Assembly (NCBI GenBank): GCA_023231475.1
Contig: JALJEE010002208.1
Span: 62,001 to 106,261 of the forward strand
DNA: 44,261 nucleotides
From: Seison nebaliae
Taxonomy: Eukaryota
Direction: 5' to 3'
In this document: piece after piece, positions 24,114-37,214 of the stretch
Position numbering within the stretch: position 1 is the first letter of the stretch
Layout of the letters: each line of letters starts with the position of its first letter
The notes under the pieces: model-generated
What the model was told of the DNA's origin: nothing
What the model saw: the letters and a program-made list of their open reading frames with translations, nothing else
The model's database searches: none
Translations under genes and position numbers: made by a program

Positions 24114-25249
24114 TTAACTACTATAATGAACCTTAATGATTGAATTTTTTTTTATTTTATAAATTATCCGTCTTGTATTCTTCGTATTCCTTCTATGTAA
24201 TATCAACATTTTAAAAGTTCAAAAAGAAATTTTCTTTATTTTTATGGTATTTCCATAACAACTAACCAAAATCATTTTTCATATTTTTCTTTAATAATAT
24301 ATAATTCCTTAATAATTTTCTTAAGCCAAATCCCCGCGAGAGAAATTATCACGATCAGTAGTGATAAGGATGGAAACTCGCACAAATTTAACATAAATGC
24401 TCAAGTCGGTTGAAGGGAATAGCCATCGGAATTGTCCTATTTTATGTTCGATCAAGGCAGTTTAATGACTTTGTATACCGGGTAGCGAAACAGCTAGGCC
24501 ATAAAAGTCACAAAATATAGCATGAACATTTTCAATTTGATGAAGAAATATTCAGATGCATGGAAAATCGAGAGCATTCCATCCAAAGAAAAGAAGTTTT
24601 GAATTATCGATCTGAAACTAACAAGTAGTCGAAATTGTAAATGTAGAGAATGAAATGTAATGAGGAAAATATAATGAAAAAGAAAAAAATCATTCATAAA
24701 CAAATATGAATGATTTTATCGAGGTAAATGTAACGACCATTTTCTAGTTTTTTTCCCTAATACTTAAAACAAGCATCTATAACAAGCTTTTTTTAACTGG
24801 AGAGGTTAAAATTTAAGACATACCCATATAAGATATCAACTTGTTACGTTGATGTCGGTGATACCCATATTTTTTCACTGGGTTGGTTGTTTGGATTAAC
24901 GATCTGGTCGGAGAATGCCTCCGACCGTTCAATTGTTTTAATTAATCTCTGCCCATCTTACCATGCAAAAAAGGATAATTGGTCTCATGAAAACGGCCAC
25001 TAATGAATTGGAGAAATAAAATTATCACAAGTAAAATAACTTTTGAGGAACCTTAAATTTGTTATTTATTAAATTATGTCCATATTGCACTTTAATTTAG
25101 GTTCATATTCAGTTGGTTAAAAATAACATTTTTATTGAAGTATCTAATATATTGAAGAAGAATGGCAATTGTTAATTTCAATAGAAATGTTATTTATTAG
25201 CTTTGTGCTGTGCAGGATTAAAGTGGAAATGTAGATAAAACCACATAAA

Positions 25250-25533
25250 ACCACGTTTTCCCTAATGATAAATTTAAACTTAAACGAATTTTAGATGACG
25301 ATGATCCATCTTTTGAAGCCTTCATCATAATCATTCGATCCGTTTGAGAAGAACTTTTCCTTTTCTTTATTTGCTCATATTATTTCCATAGTTCTCCTTA
25401 TTCTTCAAATAATTGTAGATTACCGTCCTGCTTCTGCCCATTTTTCGACCAATATCCGCGACGAACAAATTGTCGGAAACCAATCCATCAATGACGCCTT
25501 TTTCATAATGATTAAGAGGTTTTGTTTTCCCAT
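25250..25533 (-). mobile_element. Tc1/mariner superfamily (Tc3-like) transposase N-terminal remnant
   Basis: GKTKPLNHYEKGVIDGL...ADIGRKMGRSRTVIYNYLKNKENYG matches the first Tc3 HTH; after a stop and frameshift, SQTDRMIMMKASKDGSSSSKIRLSLNLSLGK matches the second HTH. The ATG at 25533 is out of frame by 1 nt, and no DDE domain or TIRs are seen. Confidence 0.75.
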
Positions 25534-26089
25534 TTTTAATTTTTTCAATAGGGATCTGAGGTGCAAAAGGATAGAAAATTATCGAGAACTCGGAATACAT
25601 GTCCACAGTGTAGGATTGGATACGTGAGCAGTCACGTCGCCGCAAATATGAGGTTTCTGTTACAGCGGTTGTAACAACCAAGAACATCGTCTGAACACAT
25701 CTGCAAGTGCGATCAATGTGGAGGAAAGAAGACCGGGAAACCACGAATATCGACTCGAGGCCATAGGGGAGAGAACTTGTACGACGACAAGAAAGGCGCC
25801 AACATGAGAGAATGGTGTTAATTTTCAGTTTCTATGAAAGTTTCCTTACCGAGTAAGTTTCTAAAATGAAAATTTTCGATAAAAGTCAATATTCAAATGT
25901 TACTTTAATCTTATTTTTAATATTAAATTCAAGTTAAAAAATACTCTCACAAAAATACAGTCAGAAACTTCAGAAAAGAATAAAAATTTATTTATCGATC
26001 GAAATACATTTGTAAAATGTGAAGAACGAACTTCAAGTAGGAATATTTCTTATATAAAATTATTAAAATTAATTAAAAGTAAAAACGAA

Positions 26090-27630
26090 AATTAGCGTTA
26101 CGGTACATTCACCAGTTTCTTTTCGCACTTCTCGACTTCATATTTCTAGAAGTCCCATATGTAACAGGGAAATAACAACAATATTTCCGTTTTCATAGCT
26201 GATGCCCGACCTTCAATTGCCACATGGTAATGTCTTGTTTTCAATTCTTGAACAAACTGCAGCTTGAATATACTATCGAATCAGTAAATTGTTGGTTAAG
26301 TAATATCATAAATTTTATCATTATTTTCGATAAATTGTTGTAAATTAATGTAGGTTTCATCGATATTAGAGAACCATATAAACATGTCTTTAACGATTTT
26401 TCTTCATAAACTTAATTATATTTTGTAGTAGAAAAGAACTGTTATTCGTCGATTTCTAACGAGGTGATTAAAAAGTACATTCACAATATGAACAATGGTC
26501 AAATGAATAAGAGAAAATTTCCTTCAGTTCTTTATCCAAACTTACTTATGCCAAATTCCGGACATGGGAAAATATGTCGTACGTGGAGAGTTTGGAGAAT
26601 CTCTAAATCCAAATATAAAAAGTACCTAGGAATTCTCCAATTTGGCGCCATTGATTGTAATGTAATTTGATTTCTATAACTTTGATGTCCAAATTGAAGA
26701 ATTCCTTGGTACTTTTTACCTTCCATCATTCGCACCTTTAATAAAATTAATGAATTTATAAATAAGAAGAATAACTTTGACTAGATTCATTTGTATCTGC
26801 AGAAATTCGAGTGCTTCATCTTCTTGACCGGCTTTGTCTGTAAAAAATAAAGTTGATTACCTTAACAGAAACGGAAAATTAACATCGTTGGAACTGTTGA
26901 TCGGCTTGAATTTGACGATTGACCGTCATAAACGGGTTCTCCATTTCTCTTATATAACGGATGCGTTAATTCTTCTATCGACGATGTATTATTCGATGTC
27001 CTATCATCAAAATATTATAAGAATTAATTAACATATAAAAACTAACGTTTTCTCTTTCGTTTTTAATTAAGGTAATCTTTGGCTGTTCTCCAATCGTTCA
27101 TGTTGTAAAATTTATAAATTTTTACATTTTCCCCGGGAATATGTTAGAATGCGGTTCTTTCCACCAATCTTTCATGTTACCGTCTTTATTGTCTCCCAAA
27201 GGCGACCAATTTCACTTTGGTTTCATGCATTCTGAAATTCTCAAACTCTGGAATTCGCTCTTTCCCCTTGATGTTGACTATTTAATAATTTATTATGATT
27301 AATAGTCTATAAGGTTAGACAAAGATCTATGGAAGAATAAGATATTACAATTTTTTAATTTTGGTTTCAACTGTTTTGCTAAATTTATTGTAGTTGTTAA
27401 AAAATGTACATCCATTCTGAATTCACGAACATCATGAAAAGTTTCGATCCAACAACTCGTGAACCCATATGAAGTTAACCTATATGTTATCAACGTTGAA
27501 GGATGTTTGGATTACAGACAGGATTCCATAGGATTCATTGGGATCATGTGAAAAGTAAGGAATTGACTAAATGCATTTAGTCATGAAGTTAAGGATCATG
27601 GAAGGAAAATTAATTATATTTTTCATAACT
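26090..27630 (-). pseudogene. Possible decayed multi-exon gene
   Basis: Coding-like blocks alternate with about 40-50 nt AT-rich GTT..AG segments on minus, but every splicing I tried hits stops. No family recognised. Confidence 0.3.
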
Positions 27631-28111
27631 TTCCTTTTCTGGCGATAATTAAGAAAACTACTAAATTGCAAATCAACAATAGAAAAAGAGAAACAATTGG
27701 AAAAAAGTTTTATTTATAAATTGTAAAAGTAGAAATTGTAAGTCAATTGTCAGTGTAAGAACGAATAGAAATAAATGAGCATTAAATGTCATACAAATCC
27801 GTTGTGATACCGTTAAGCGTTAAAACGAGATAATGATTTAAACTAAGTTGTATAATTAAGAGTTGTTATTTTCCCCCTAAGGTGATAATTTTAAATTTAA
27901 AGCTTTAAGAAAAAGCGGGTGAGAAAATGACCCCCTAAGGAACGTGGGGAAATCATCGTTTCACCTATTTTGAGAAATTTTATATATTAACTAATAAGAA
28001 TTTCAAATCAATAAGTATGGTGAAGGATTTAAAAAGTAAGATTAAAATACTATTCTAACTAAATGAAAGAGCTTCTGTTATTCAAATTTAATAGAACAGT
28101 TGTTGAGATAA

Positions 28112-28528
28112 ATGCCCGTTTTAAAAATGAATTACTTTTCTTTAGGTTTCCTATTTTTAATTTTTTTTCTATTCGATCTAGAAAATTGTTGTAATAAGAA
28201 ATCTTCTAAAAAAAATTCTAAAATTGTAACAGCCAAAAATACTCCAAAAACTCCAAGTCAAATAGTTCCGACGGATAAAATCGATGCGCCATCAATACCT
28301 TCATTAGATGAAATTATTAACCAAAAATATTCGAAAACAGCCGGTTAACACGAACAAAAACTTTTCAATAAATAATATAAATAATTTTTAGCTGATAATA
28401 TTGACGAGAGATTGAACGAGGCTAAAAAAGATACGGCAAGAATTTTATTAACTTCCCAAAAAGTGTTTGATAAATATAAAGAATCTTTACTACAAAATGC
28501 CCAAAAGGCATTTGGTGAGGACAGATGA
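28112..28528 (+). CDS. Small secreted or membrane-anchored orphan protein, 2 exons
   Basis: Hydrophobic N-terminus; intron GTTAAC..TTTAG (28344-28391) joins a helical exon ADNIDERLNEAKKD...FGEDR*. Start may be 28127. Confidence 0.6.
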
Positions 28529-28559
28529 AAACGAAGAGAAATTTTTTTAAATAAATAAC

Positions 28560-30405
28560 TTATTTTCTACTTTCAAAATTTATATTATTTCCTTTAATAG
28601 AGAATGAACTTGTTGATTTGTTAACAGGTCGATTCTTTGCACTACTTTTCCTTGAAGCTCTACTAGGGGGACGACTTCGATTACTTGGTAGATTTGTTGA
28701 TCTACTGACTGGACGAGTTACATCTCTTGTTTGAGATGAACCGAAACCAATCACATTCTTCTTCACTTCTAATTTACGTCGATTAATTTTGTTTTGTCTA
28801 GCAAAAGCGCTATAATCGAAATCGTTAGTTTGTTGAAGTAGTTTTGATTCGAACGTTCCCTCATCATCAAAATCAGTTAATTCCAATGCAGGATTATCTT
28901 CAGGAATAATCTGTTTGTTTTCAATTTCAAGTGTGTCGCTATCTGACATATAAATATTACTTCTTTCCGTTAAAGTATTATTCTGATCAGTTTCATTTGG
29001 AATACTATCTTCAGGTTTTGGCCAAATATTCTCTTCATTATCTATTAGGAAAATGAAAGTCAAAAAATAATTTTAATGAAAATCGAATAGGAATTTAAAT
29101 GAAACCTTTATTATCGTTGTTTAATAATTTATTGAATTTTTCAGTCATCAAATTATTCATATTTAATGGAATTGTTGATGGATGATCTAATTCGAGGTGA
29201 GATGGTTTTTTCAATTTTTCATCTTCTACTGACGACGCTAATGGTGTGGCCATTATATGTTCCAATGTTAATGGTTCGCCTTTAACGGCTTTCAAAAATT
29301 GGTTAATTCCTCCAATCGGATTTTTTGGTAATTGATTATTCTTTATCTTAATCGAACTATAAATAAACATTATCATATTATTGTGTTTTCTTCATCAACT
29401 ATAACTAACATAGAACAGACAGGACATTGTACAGAATCTTTCGTGTAATTCGTCCCAATTTTCTCATTTGGACCAGATCGATATTTTAATAATTTTATCC
29501 ATCTCTGCTTCAAAACCTCATATTCATTCGATGATTTTTCAGTTTCTGATAAAATACCTTCATTCTGTATCGCTTGTAATTCTTCCAATAATTCAAAATT
29601 GTTATTGTCATCCAAATTTTTCTTTCGAGTCAAATATGCAAGTTCGTCACTCAATTCGCGATCTTTCTCTATAATTTCATCACGAATTGTTGCCGCCTCT
29701 TCCGCTAATCGCAATTCGGCAGCTACGTTTTTCTGTCGATAATTCTTACAACGATTATGTAACAATTCCTCACTGACAATTAGAACGGTAAAAAATAAAA
29801 AATAATTTTAAATAAATTATTTTGTAACATGTTTTTAATATTGTTCTCTTTCTCTTCCAAAGGTTCCCGATGAGTAACTGATAAAATTTCATTTTCTAAT
29901 TCTGCCTCGTTCATGAAACGTCCACGCTTATCAGATATATCGCTGGCGGCTTCTTTAGATATGAAACCATAAATATCTTTATACAGTTCTCTATTTATTC
30001 CTAGTTTTTTCTTCAAGAAATTCGTCTTTATATTCTCCAGTTTCGCATTAGTTTCATTATTTCCTTATTTAAATTCAAAATTAGGAAGAATTATTATTGG
30101 AATGTTAACTAGGAAAATAAGTTTCAATTATCTGCTCCAGATCTCGGACGTCTTCATCCTAAATTCGAAAAAGGATTCAAATTTTTATCGATTTTAAAAA
30201 TTTAATGACTAAACCGAATTGGATTTCTTTAGAATTTCAAATAATTCTTTTATCAGAAATGTGATGACATTCTGCGGTTCTTCATTTATTAACTTTTTAG
30301 TTAACTCCTATTAAATATTAAATCCCAATTTCATATCAGATCTTTTATTATTCTAACTCGAAATAATTGCAGGACCTGATTTTGTCTCAAATAATCATTT
30401 GCCAT
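28560..30405 (-). CDS. RIIa/Dpy-30-type dimerisation-docking domain protein, C8orf34-like
   Basis: Six GTT introns join the exons. N-terminus MANDYLRQNQVLQLFRELTKKLINEEPQNVITFLIKEL fits a D/D domain; ELLEELQAIQNEGI and a CxxC resemble C8orf34 as I recall it. Start is uncertain. Confidence 0.6.
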
Positions 30406-30901
30406 GTTTACCTGTTCAGTGAATGATGATGATGGCAACAGTCTCCATGAAAAACTTCTAAAATCAATTCTCAATTTTCAACTTTCTCAAATCTCTAATA
30501 GAGCTGAAAATTTGGCTTAACCAGACATTCTTTCCGTGAACTATTTGATATTTCATTTTTCTTTAAATATTTAACAAATTCCATTCAACTTTTCAACTAA
30601 TTAATTTCTTTATATAATTATCTTTTATTATCGAAATAAAATGAAATTATAAGAATATTAATTTTAGGTATGTATTAGGTTAATATTTTCTTGTTGGTTT
30701 TAACCTTCTTTTCCTTTCCAGAATAATTTTCTGGTAATTCTATAGAAGGTTCATGTCGTAGCTTAAGCCTCTTAATTTAAGATGAAGGAAAGTTCTTAAA
30801 TGAATAATAAAATAAAATGATGAAGAAATGAATTGTCTTTAATATTTAGCTTTCAATGGGAAAGTGGAAAAAAACAGAAACAATTTGAAGTTGTTATTAC
30901 A

Positions 30902-32646
30902 ATGGATTTGATCTGTAATTCGAAGTTGTTGATGATTGGTGCTGGTGGGATCGGATGTGAATTATTGAAGAATTTAGTATTGACCGGATTCAAATATATC
31001 ACAGTCATTGATTTAGATACGATTGAATTGAGTAATTTAAATCGACAATTCCTCTTCCAACGAGAACATATCGGGAAACCGAAAGCGATCGTTGCTCGCG
31101 ATGTTTGCAGTCGAATGAATGAGTCTTGTGAGATTGTTGCTCTTCATCAATCCATTTTCAATTCGGAATTTAATCTCTTATTTTATTCACAATTCGATTT
31201 GGTGATTAATGCATTGGATAATAATCGTGCAAGAAGTCATGTAAATCGGATGTGTGTCCAAGCGAAAAAACCGTTTATTGAGAGTGGAACGGTAGGATAT
31301 AATGGAAATGTTAAATTAATCTATCCATACGTCACTTCATGCTTCGAATGTTACAAGAGAATTGAACATAAGAAACATACGGAAAAAGTCTATCCGAATT
31401 GTACGATCAGAAATACCCCATCAAAAATGATCCATTGTGTCATTTGGGCGAAACATTTATTCAATCAATTATTCGGTGTACCTGACGCGGAAGATATGGT
31501 ATCACCAGAAACCACAACTGATGATAATGAAGAAACGGATAAAGTTCTCGAATCTCTCAGATCATTAGCGATATCGGTCGATTATGAAGGTCAAAGATTA
31601 TTCGATCGATTATTTTACGATGACATAAATTATCTATTAAGAATGAAAGATTTGTGGAAAGAAAGACAACCACCAACTCCCTATAAATTTGACATTCTAA
31701 TTCAAGAAACTGAGAGAAATGATAAAAAAATTTCAAGAAAAAAAGATGAAAAGAAAGTGATGTTAGAAACAGAAAAAATTGGAACTATTCAAGAAAATGT
31801 TCAATTATTTGTCGATTCAATAAAGAAATTGAATAAACGATTAAAAGAAGTCAATTCGATCGAATGGGATAAAGATGATCCGATGAGTATCGATTTCACA
31901 TGTTCTGCTGCCAATATCAGAGGTACCGTCTTCGATATTGGTCCATTAATTTCACCGTTCGCTTGTAAGACGATGTCGTCGAATATCATTCCAGCAATCG
32001 CCTCTACTAACGCCATCACGGCAGGATTGATTGTTGGTGAATGTATTAGATTTTTACGAATAGTCACAGAAGTCATTGAAGAGAAAGAACAAATATCGAA
32101 CGAGGAAAAAAAGAAAAAAATTTTCGAAGAATGTCGAGTCATAAATATTTATATGAAACAGAAAGATCGAATTTTACAACCGAGTGAATTCGATGTTCCT
32201 GATGAGAATTGTTTAATATGTTCAACGAAAAATCAGAGTAAACTTTATCGAATAAAACTAGATTTGAAATCAATCTCTTTACGACAATTAGAATTCGACA
32301 TTCTACAAGTTTAATTAATTTTTTTTTAATTTTAAATTTTGAAATTCTTTAATTTTTCTAGAATGATTTGAATATGATTGCACCCGAATTAATTTGGGAG
32401 AAGAATAATTCGATAACAATTCTGTTGTCGGTGGAAGAGGAAGATCGAAAATCTTATTTGACAACTGGATATCTGGAGAAGAAGTTGTCGGAATATGATA
32501 TAATTCATGGAACAATTCTCAATTGTGTCGATGCTCAACAAAATTATTCGATCGATCTTTTATTGGAGCAAATGTCGGAGAAAGAGTTGGAGACGATGAA
32601 AGAGAATGACGAGAAATATTATTCGATTATTGCCGTTTCTAATTGA
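30902..32646 (+). CDS. UBA2: SUMO-activating enzyme subunit 2
   Basis: GAGGIGCELLK, DLDTIELSNLNRQFLF, ALDNNRARSHVNRMC, catalytic CTIRNTPS, NIIPAIASTNA and two CxxC; intron 32309-32361 joins the ubiquitin-fold exon. Confidence 0.95.
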
Positions 32647-35600
32647 TGGGAAGGAATGATTTGAAATGTTTCATTTGATTATCATAATATTGATATAATT
32701 CCATCGGACATTCTCGAATAAATGATGTGAAATATTCTTTGTTTTTATTCAAATTTTGGAGATTATCCATCCTATTAATTTCATTCAAATTATAAACTTT
32801 CTTACTCAATCGATGATATAATGCCTCCTCTTCCCCACGATATGGATGAAAGGTCGGTATCTTTGCATAATTATCATTAAACGGTTCCAAATGACATTTC
32901 TTCAACGGATGTTCCAAATATGACAATTCTTTTAGTTTGATTAATTGATTCGATTGTAAGACATAACTCTTCATCTTTTTACCTGAAAACATTTAAATTT
33001 ATAATATTAATTTAAATAATTTAATTAATATTAATAATTATTTTAAAAAAATTATTTAATTATTATAAATAATTATTTTTAAAAAAAAGAATTTAAAATT
33101 ATTATTTTCAATAAAATTTTCAAATTAAATATACTAAACTTGCTCGAATTCGATATTTTGGAGTACAAGTTCGTAGACTTGGCATCGGTTTATTTGATGA
33201 TTTACTCATCGGTTGATTTGGCGACGAATATTTCGAACGGTTACTTATCGGACTCAACGACACACTCTCCCCAAATGATGACCACGAATTTTCTCGAGGT
33301 ATCGATTTGATTAGTGGTAATTCAATTTTCTCATTCTCCACCGATAATGAGGGAGATCGAATTCGTACCGATTTGTGTGATGCTGACGCGACACTTTTCC
33401 AATGTTGTTTCATATTCGATTTGATCGTGTCTTGAGGTGTCTTCGAGAAAGGTGATGGAAAATTTGATTGTGATGTGATTAAATTAGGCGAAATGATTTC
33501 CGTCGATTTTCCTGATTCATTTAGAACAGGTTTTTCATCTAATTCAATCGATTCTGATGGATTTTTAGATTTTAAAAATGACAAATTCTCATTGATAAAT
33601 TGATCGAGTTCAACCGATTTATTATCGATCGAACTTTTCGATTCTGATAATATCTTTGAAGAGAATTTCGACATTAAACTCTGTCCAGATGATAATCGAC
33701 TTTTTATTTCAGGTGTTTGACATAGACTGACATTCTCTGTAACACATTCGGATGATATTTGACGAGATATCATATTCTTCTCATCATTTTCATTCATCAC
33801 TTTCGATTTGTGACTCGATCCAAATAATTTGCCGATGGTTTTCTCAGTTTGATTTTTTTCTTTCAATTTCTCTTCTTCTATTCGTTTATCGACGTATTGT
33901 TTGGGCAGATATTTTTGAATGAATTCCATTTGAGAATTAGTCAAATCCTTTGGAATCCATTCATCGTCAATCTTTTTCTTTATACTCTTTCTCGCTCTTT
34001 GGTTACTGTTGGAACATGATAATATTCTGGAAATTTTATTATTAGTTGAAAATTCAAATTCTTTTTCTTCATTTTTCTTCTTTGTTTTATCATTTTCAAA
34101 ATTTCGATTCAAAATTTTCATTGTGTTATAAGTTTCGTGTAAATATCGATCTAAAATATCGTCGTTGATTTTCTGAGAATTATTTTTGTTCTTCAAATAA
34201 TCTTCCATTATATTATCATCTAACAATTTCGATAAATCATCATTGACATTAGAACGTAAATTATTTGAATTATTTTCTTGAAGATAATTCAAATTGAGTT
34301 CGATAGATTGTTTACAATTACATTCGTATTGAATGTTCAGATCGACATATCTAATGAATGGAAATTCATTAATTTTATTCATTATTTCTCTCAAAGTTTT
34401 GGACGATAAAAGTTGGAGAATATCAAAGAATAAAATTCCATCAACATCCGTGAGAATGAGGAGGAATTGTTTGAAAAATTTCATGAAAACAATTCGCCCA
34501 AAACAACATAATTCCTTAATTAAAACGAAATTTTCATCATATGTCCATAATTGAATTTGATTTATTGAGGAAACGGTAGCGATCAATCCGATTGTGGTAT
34601 GAATGGAAATAATTGAAAAATAGTTTGCTAATTTGTTATTATGTCGATTCAACGATCGGATACATTTCTCCTCCGTCAAATTATTACCACACAAAAATTG
34701 TTGATTATTATCCGTAGCGACATAAAGGAAAGTTGTCGATTTCTTCTCGTTTGGTGATTGGAAGATTTCCATGAAATTATTATTCCGATAATCGAACGAA
34801 TGAACATTTAAATTATATTTCAAATCTGAAATTCTCGACATTCGACTAAAGAATGAATCGGTCGATGAGAAGAACATTTTCCAAACGATTATCTCCTTAT
34901 TATCATTCATCGAATATAAATATTCGTTCGATTCCATGAGAGACACAATTCCATATTGACCATGTTCCACTTCCGTCAATATTTGTCCATCATTCAAAGA
35001 GATTTTGCAAATCTTACCACAATTCGTTCCAATGAGAAGGAAATGTTCGAAATTATCTACAATTTTCGATAATTCTTTCAAATTCGTAGATTTTCCCGAA
35101 ATTACTTTCAACGAACAATTTAAGAGACAATTTATTAAATATGGAAATTTCCAGATTGATGGTTCATTCATGTTCATGTCCGTCTCCCTCAGATTCTGAT
35201 GATGAATTGTTGATTGATCAGAGAGAAGAATTGAGATATTCATTAAAGGAAAATTGAATGTCCAAAAGAAAATTAATTGAGAAAATTGATAATTTATTTT
35301 ATTTAAATTTTTCTCTTGAAGATTCTGTCGAAATAATTGATGATGTTTATTTTCAAAAATGACAAAATTTCCATCAATCGATATCTCAAATTTCAAAATT
35401 GAACAATTCATATTGAGCGAATATGATTCTTTTGGTAGACGTCTCCAAATTTGAATTTTTTTCTTGCCATTACAATTCACGATTAATAATTCATGTTCGG
35501 TCGAATAACCACACAAATTGAGATCGATAAAATTCAAAAAATTTAAATGGAATTTTTGGTAAATGAATTTTGTCTCATAATTCCAGACAAGAACGAGCGC

Positions 35601-36778
35601 GTCTGATGAAGATGATAAGACGTTTTTGGATAATTTTTGAATTGGTAAAATTTCGGTAATTTCTTTCGAATGTCCAACGAATGACATGGAATTATTACAT
35701 AAATCATCAGTTGTCATTTTAATCATATCGATCATTCCATTGAATAATCCGAATAAACAATATCCGTTTTCTTCATCGACATATAATGATGTTATCGGAT
35801 TGGAATATCTTTTCTGAATAATTTGTTTTGTTTCTAAATTTATTATTTTATAATTCTTATGATAACTAATCAATAATCGATCATGTTTTATTAGATGGAA
35901 ATTTAAAAATTTACCATTTCCATTCATTAATTGATCGGTGAGGAAATATTGTTTTTCCAATAAGGGAAATAATTTTGTTTGTCTCAATACACAAATTTCC
36001 GTTTCGCATAATAAAATCAATTTCTCTTTAGTTAATTTACTGGAGATGATTTTTGAATGATCCATATCGATGACTGATAAAAGTCGGAGACGATTTGAAT
36101 GATTTATAGAAATCGAATAAATTCTTTTTTGGCAATTGATTATTAGAAAAAGAATATTATTATTATTATCATAATGAATTTGATCGATGAAATTGATGGA
36201 ATTCTCTTTCAACAAATTCTGATAATCGTTTGTCATAATTTCATCGATTTCCAATTTCTGTTCCATAACAATTCTCAAACTACTAATCTTCATTATTTCT
36301 ATTATATTCTCTTCCGTTATACAAAAAATCTAGAAAGATGTTGAAGGAAGAAAATTTGAAAAATTCTCTAACTTGAACATTGTCAAAGAAGATGTGATTT
36401 ATACTTGTTCGATTTTGACGATTATAAACTTGAATGAAATTATTAAGATCTTCTTTCTGTTCATGAACGTTCATTTCTAAATTAGATTAGTTATTAGACA
36501 CTCTAATTCTTAATAGAAATCTCATAACTATTAATCAAATATCTTAAATGCTTTCGTAAATGTTTCCATCGTGGACTGATGTGAAAATTTGAAAACTTTT
36601 GAATATCTTTCTCATCATATTCTTCTTCTTCTTGATCAATTTCTTGTGATTCTCTTAATGTTGATAAAATCGTTGATGATGGTTCACTTAAGTAACTAAA
36701 ATAATTCTGATTCTCTACCAGATCGTGATCGTCCTCCTCCTCATCATCCAATATGAGGCAATCGAATATCCCATTCAT
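32639..36778 (-). CDS. Large WD40-repeat protein with Ser-rich low-complexity C-terminal part, 4 exons
   Basis: FVGHSKEITEI...LSSSSDALVLVWNY and other WD-like repeats. Three GTT introns join ORFs 36503-36778, 36283-36474, 33120-36293 and 32639-32992; the last intron is 32983-33139. Confidence 0.75.
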
Positions 36779-37214
36779 AATTTAAGAAATTTTATTTCAA
36801 GGGAGAATTTAAATGATGGAATATAAAATAGTGTTGCTATGGTCACGCATGTGTTGAATTGTATACAGTTAATTAAATAAGTGAATTTTTCATTGCATCA
36901 GGGGAGTGGGGGTGATGAGAGTAGAAAAGAAAAATATTAAATATTTGTTATGGAGAAATGGAGAAGGAAATGGAAAAGTTGAATGAACAACAAAAACAAC
37001 TGTACGAACAGGAAAAAGAAGATAAGTTACTGTAAATACAAATAAAAAATTATTCGGAATCTTGAAAAGAATGATCGGGAAAATTTCGTATAAAAGTTTT
37101 TGTATCCGAATTATCGGAAAGATTTTGTCGATGAATTGAATGGAAATTGATTGATTTCATCGTTCTTATTTCCAATTAATTTTTCATTTCTAACAAACAT
37201 TTTAGCCGTTTATT

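Noticed and set aside
24325..24345. AAATCCCCG resembling RNase MRP conserved region I
   Set aside because: No complementary GGGGCT conserved region V downstream.
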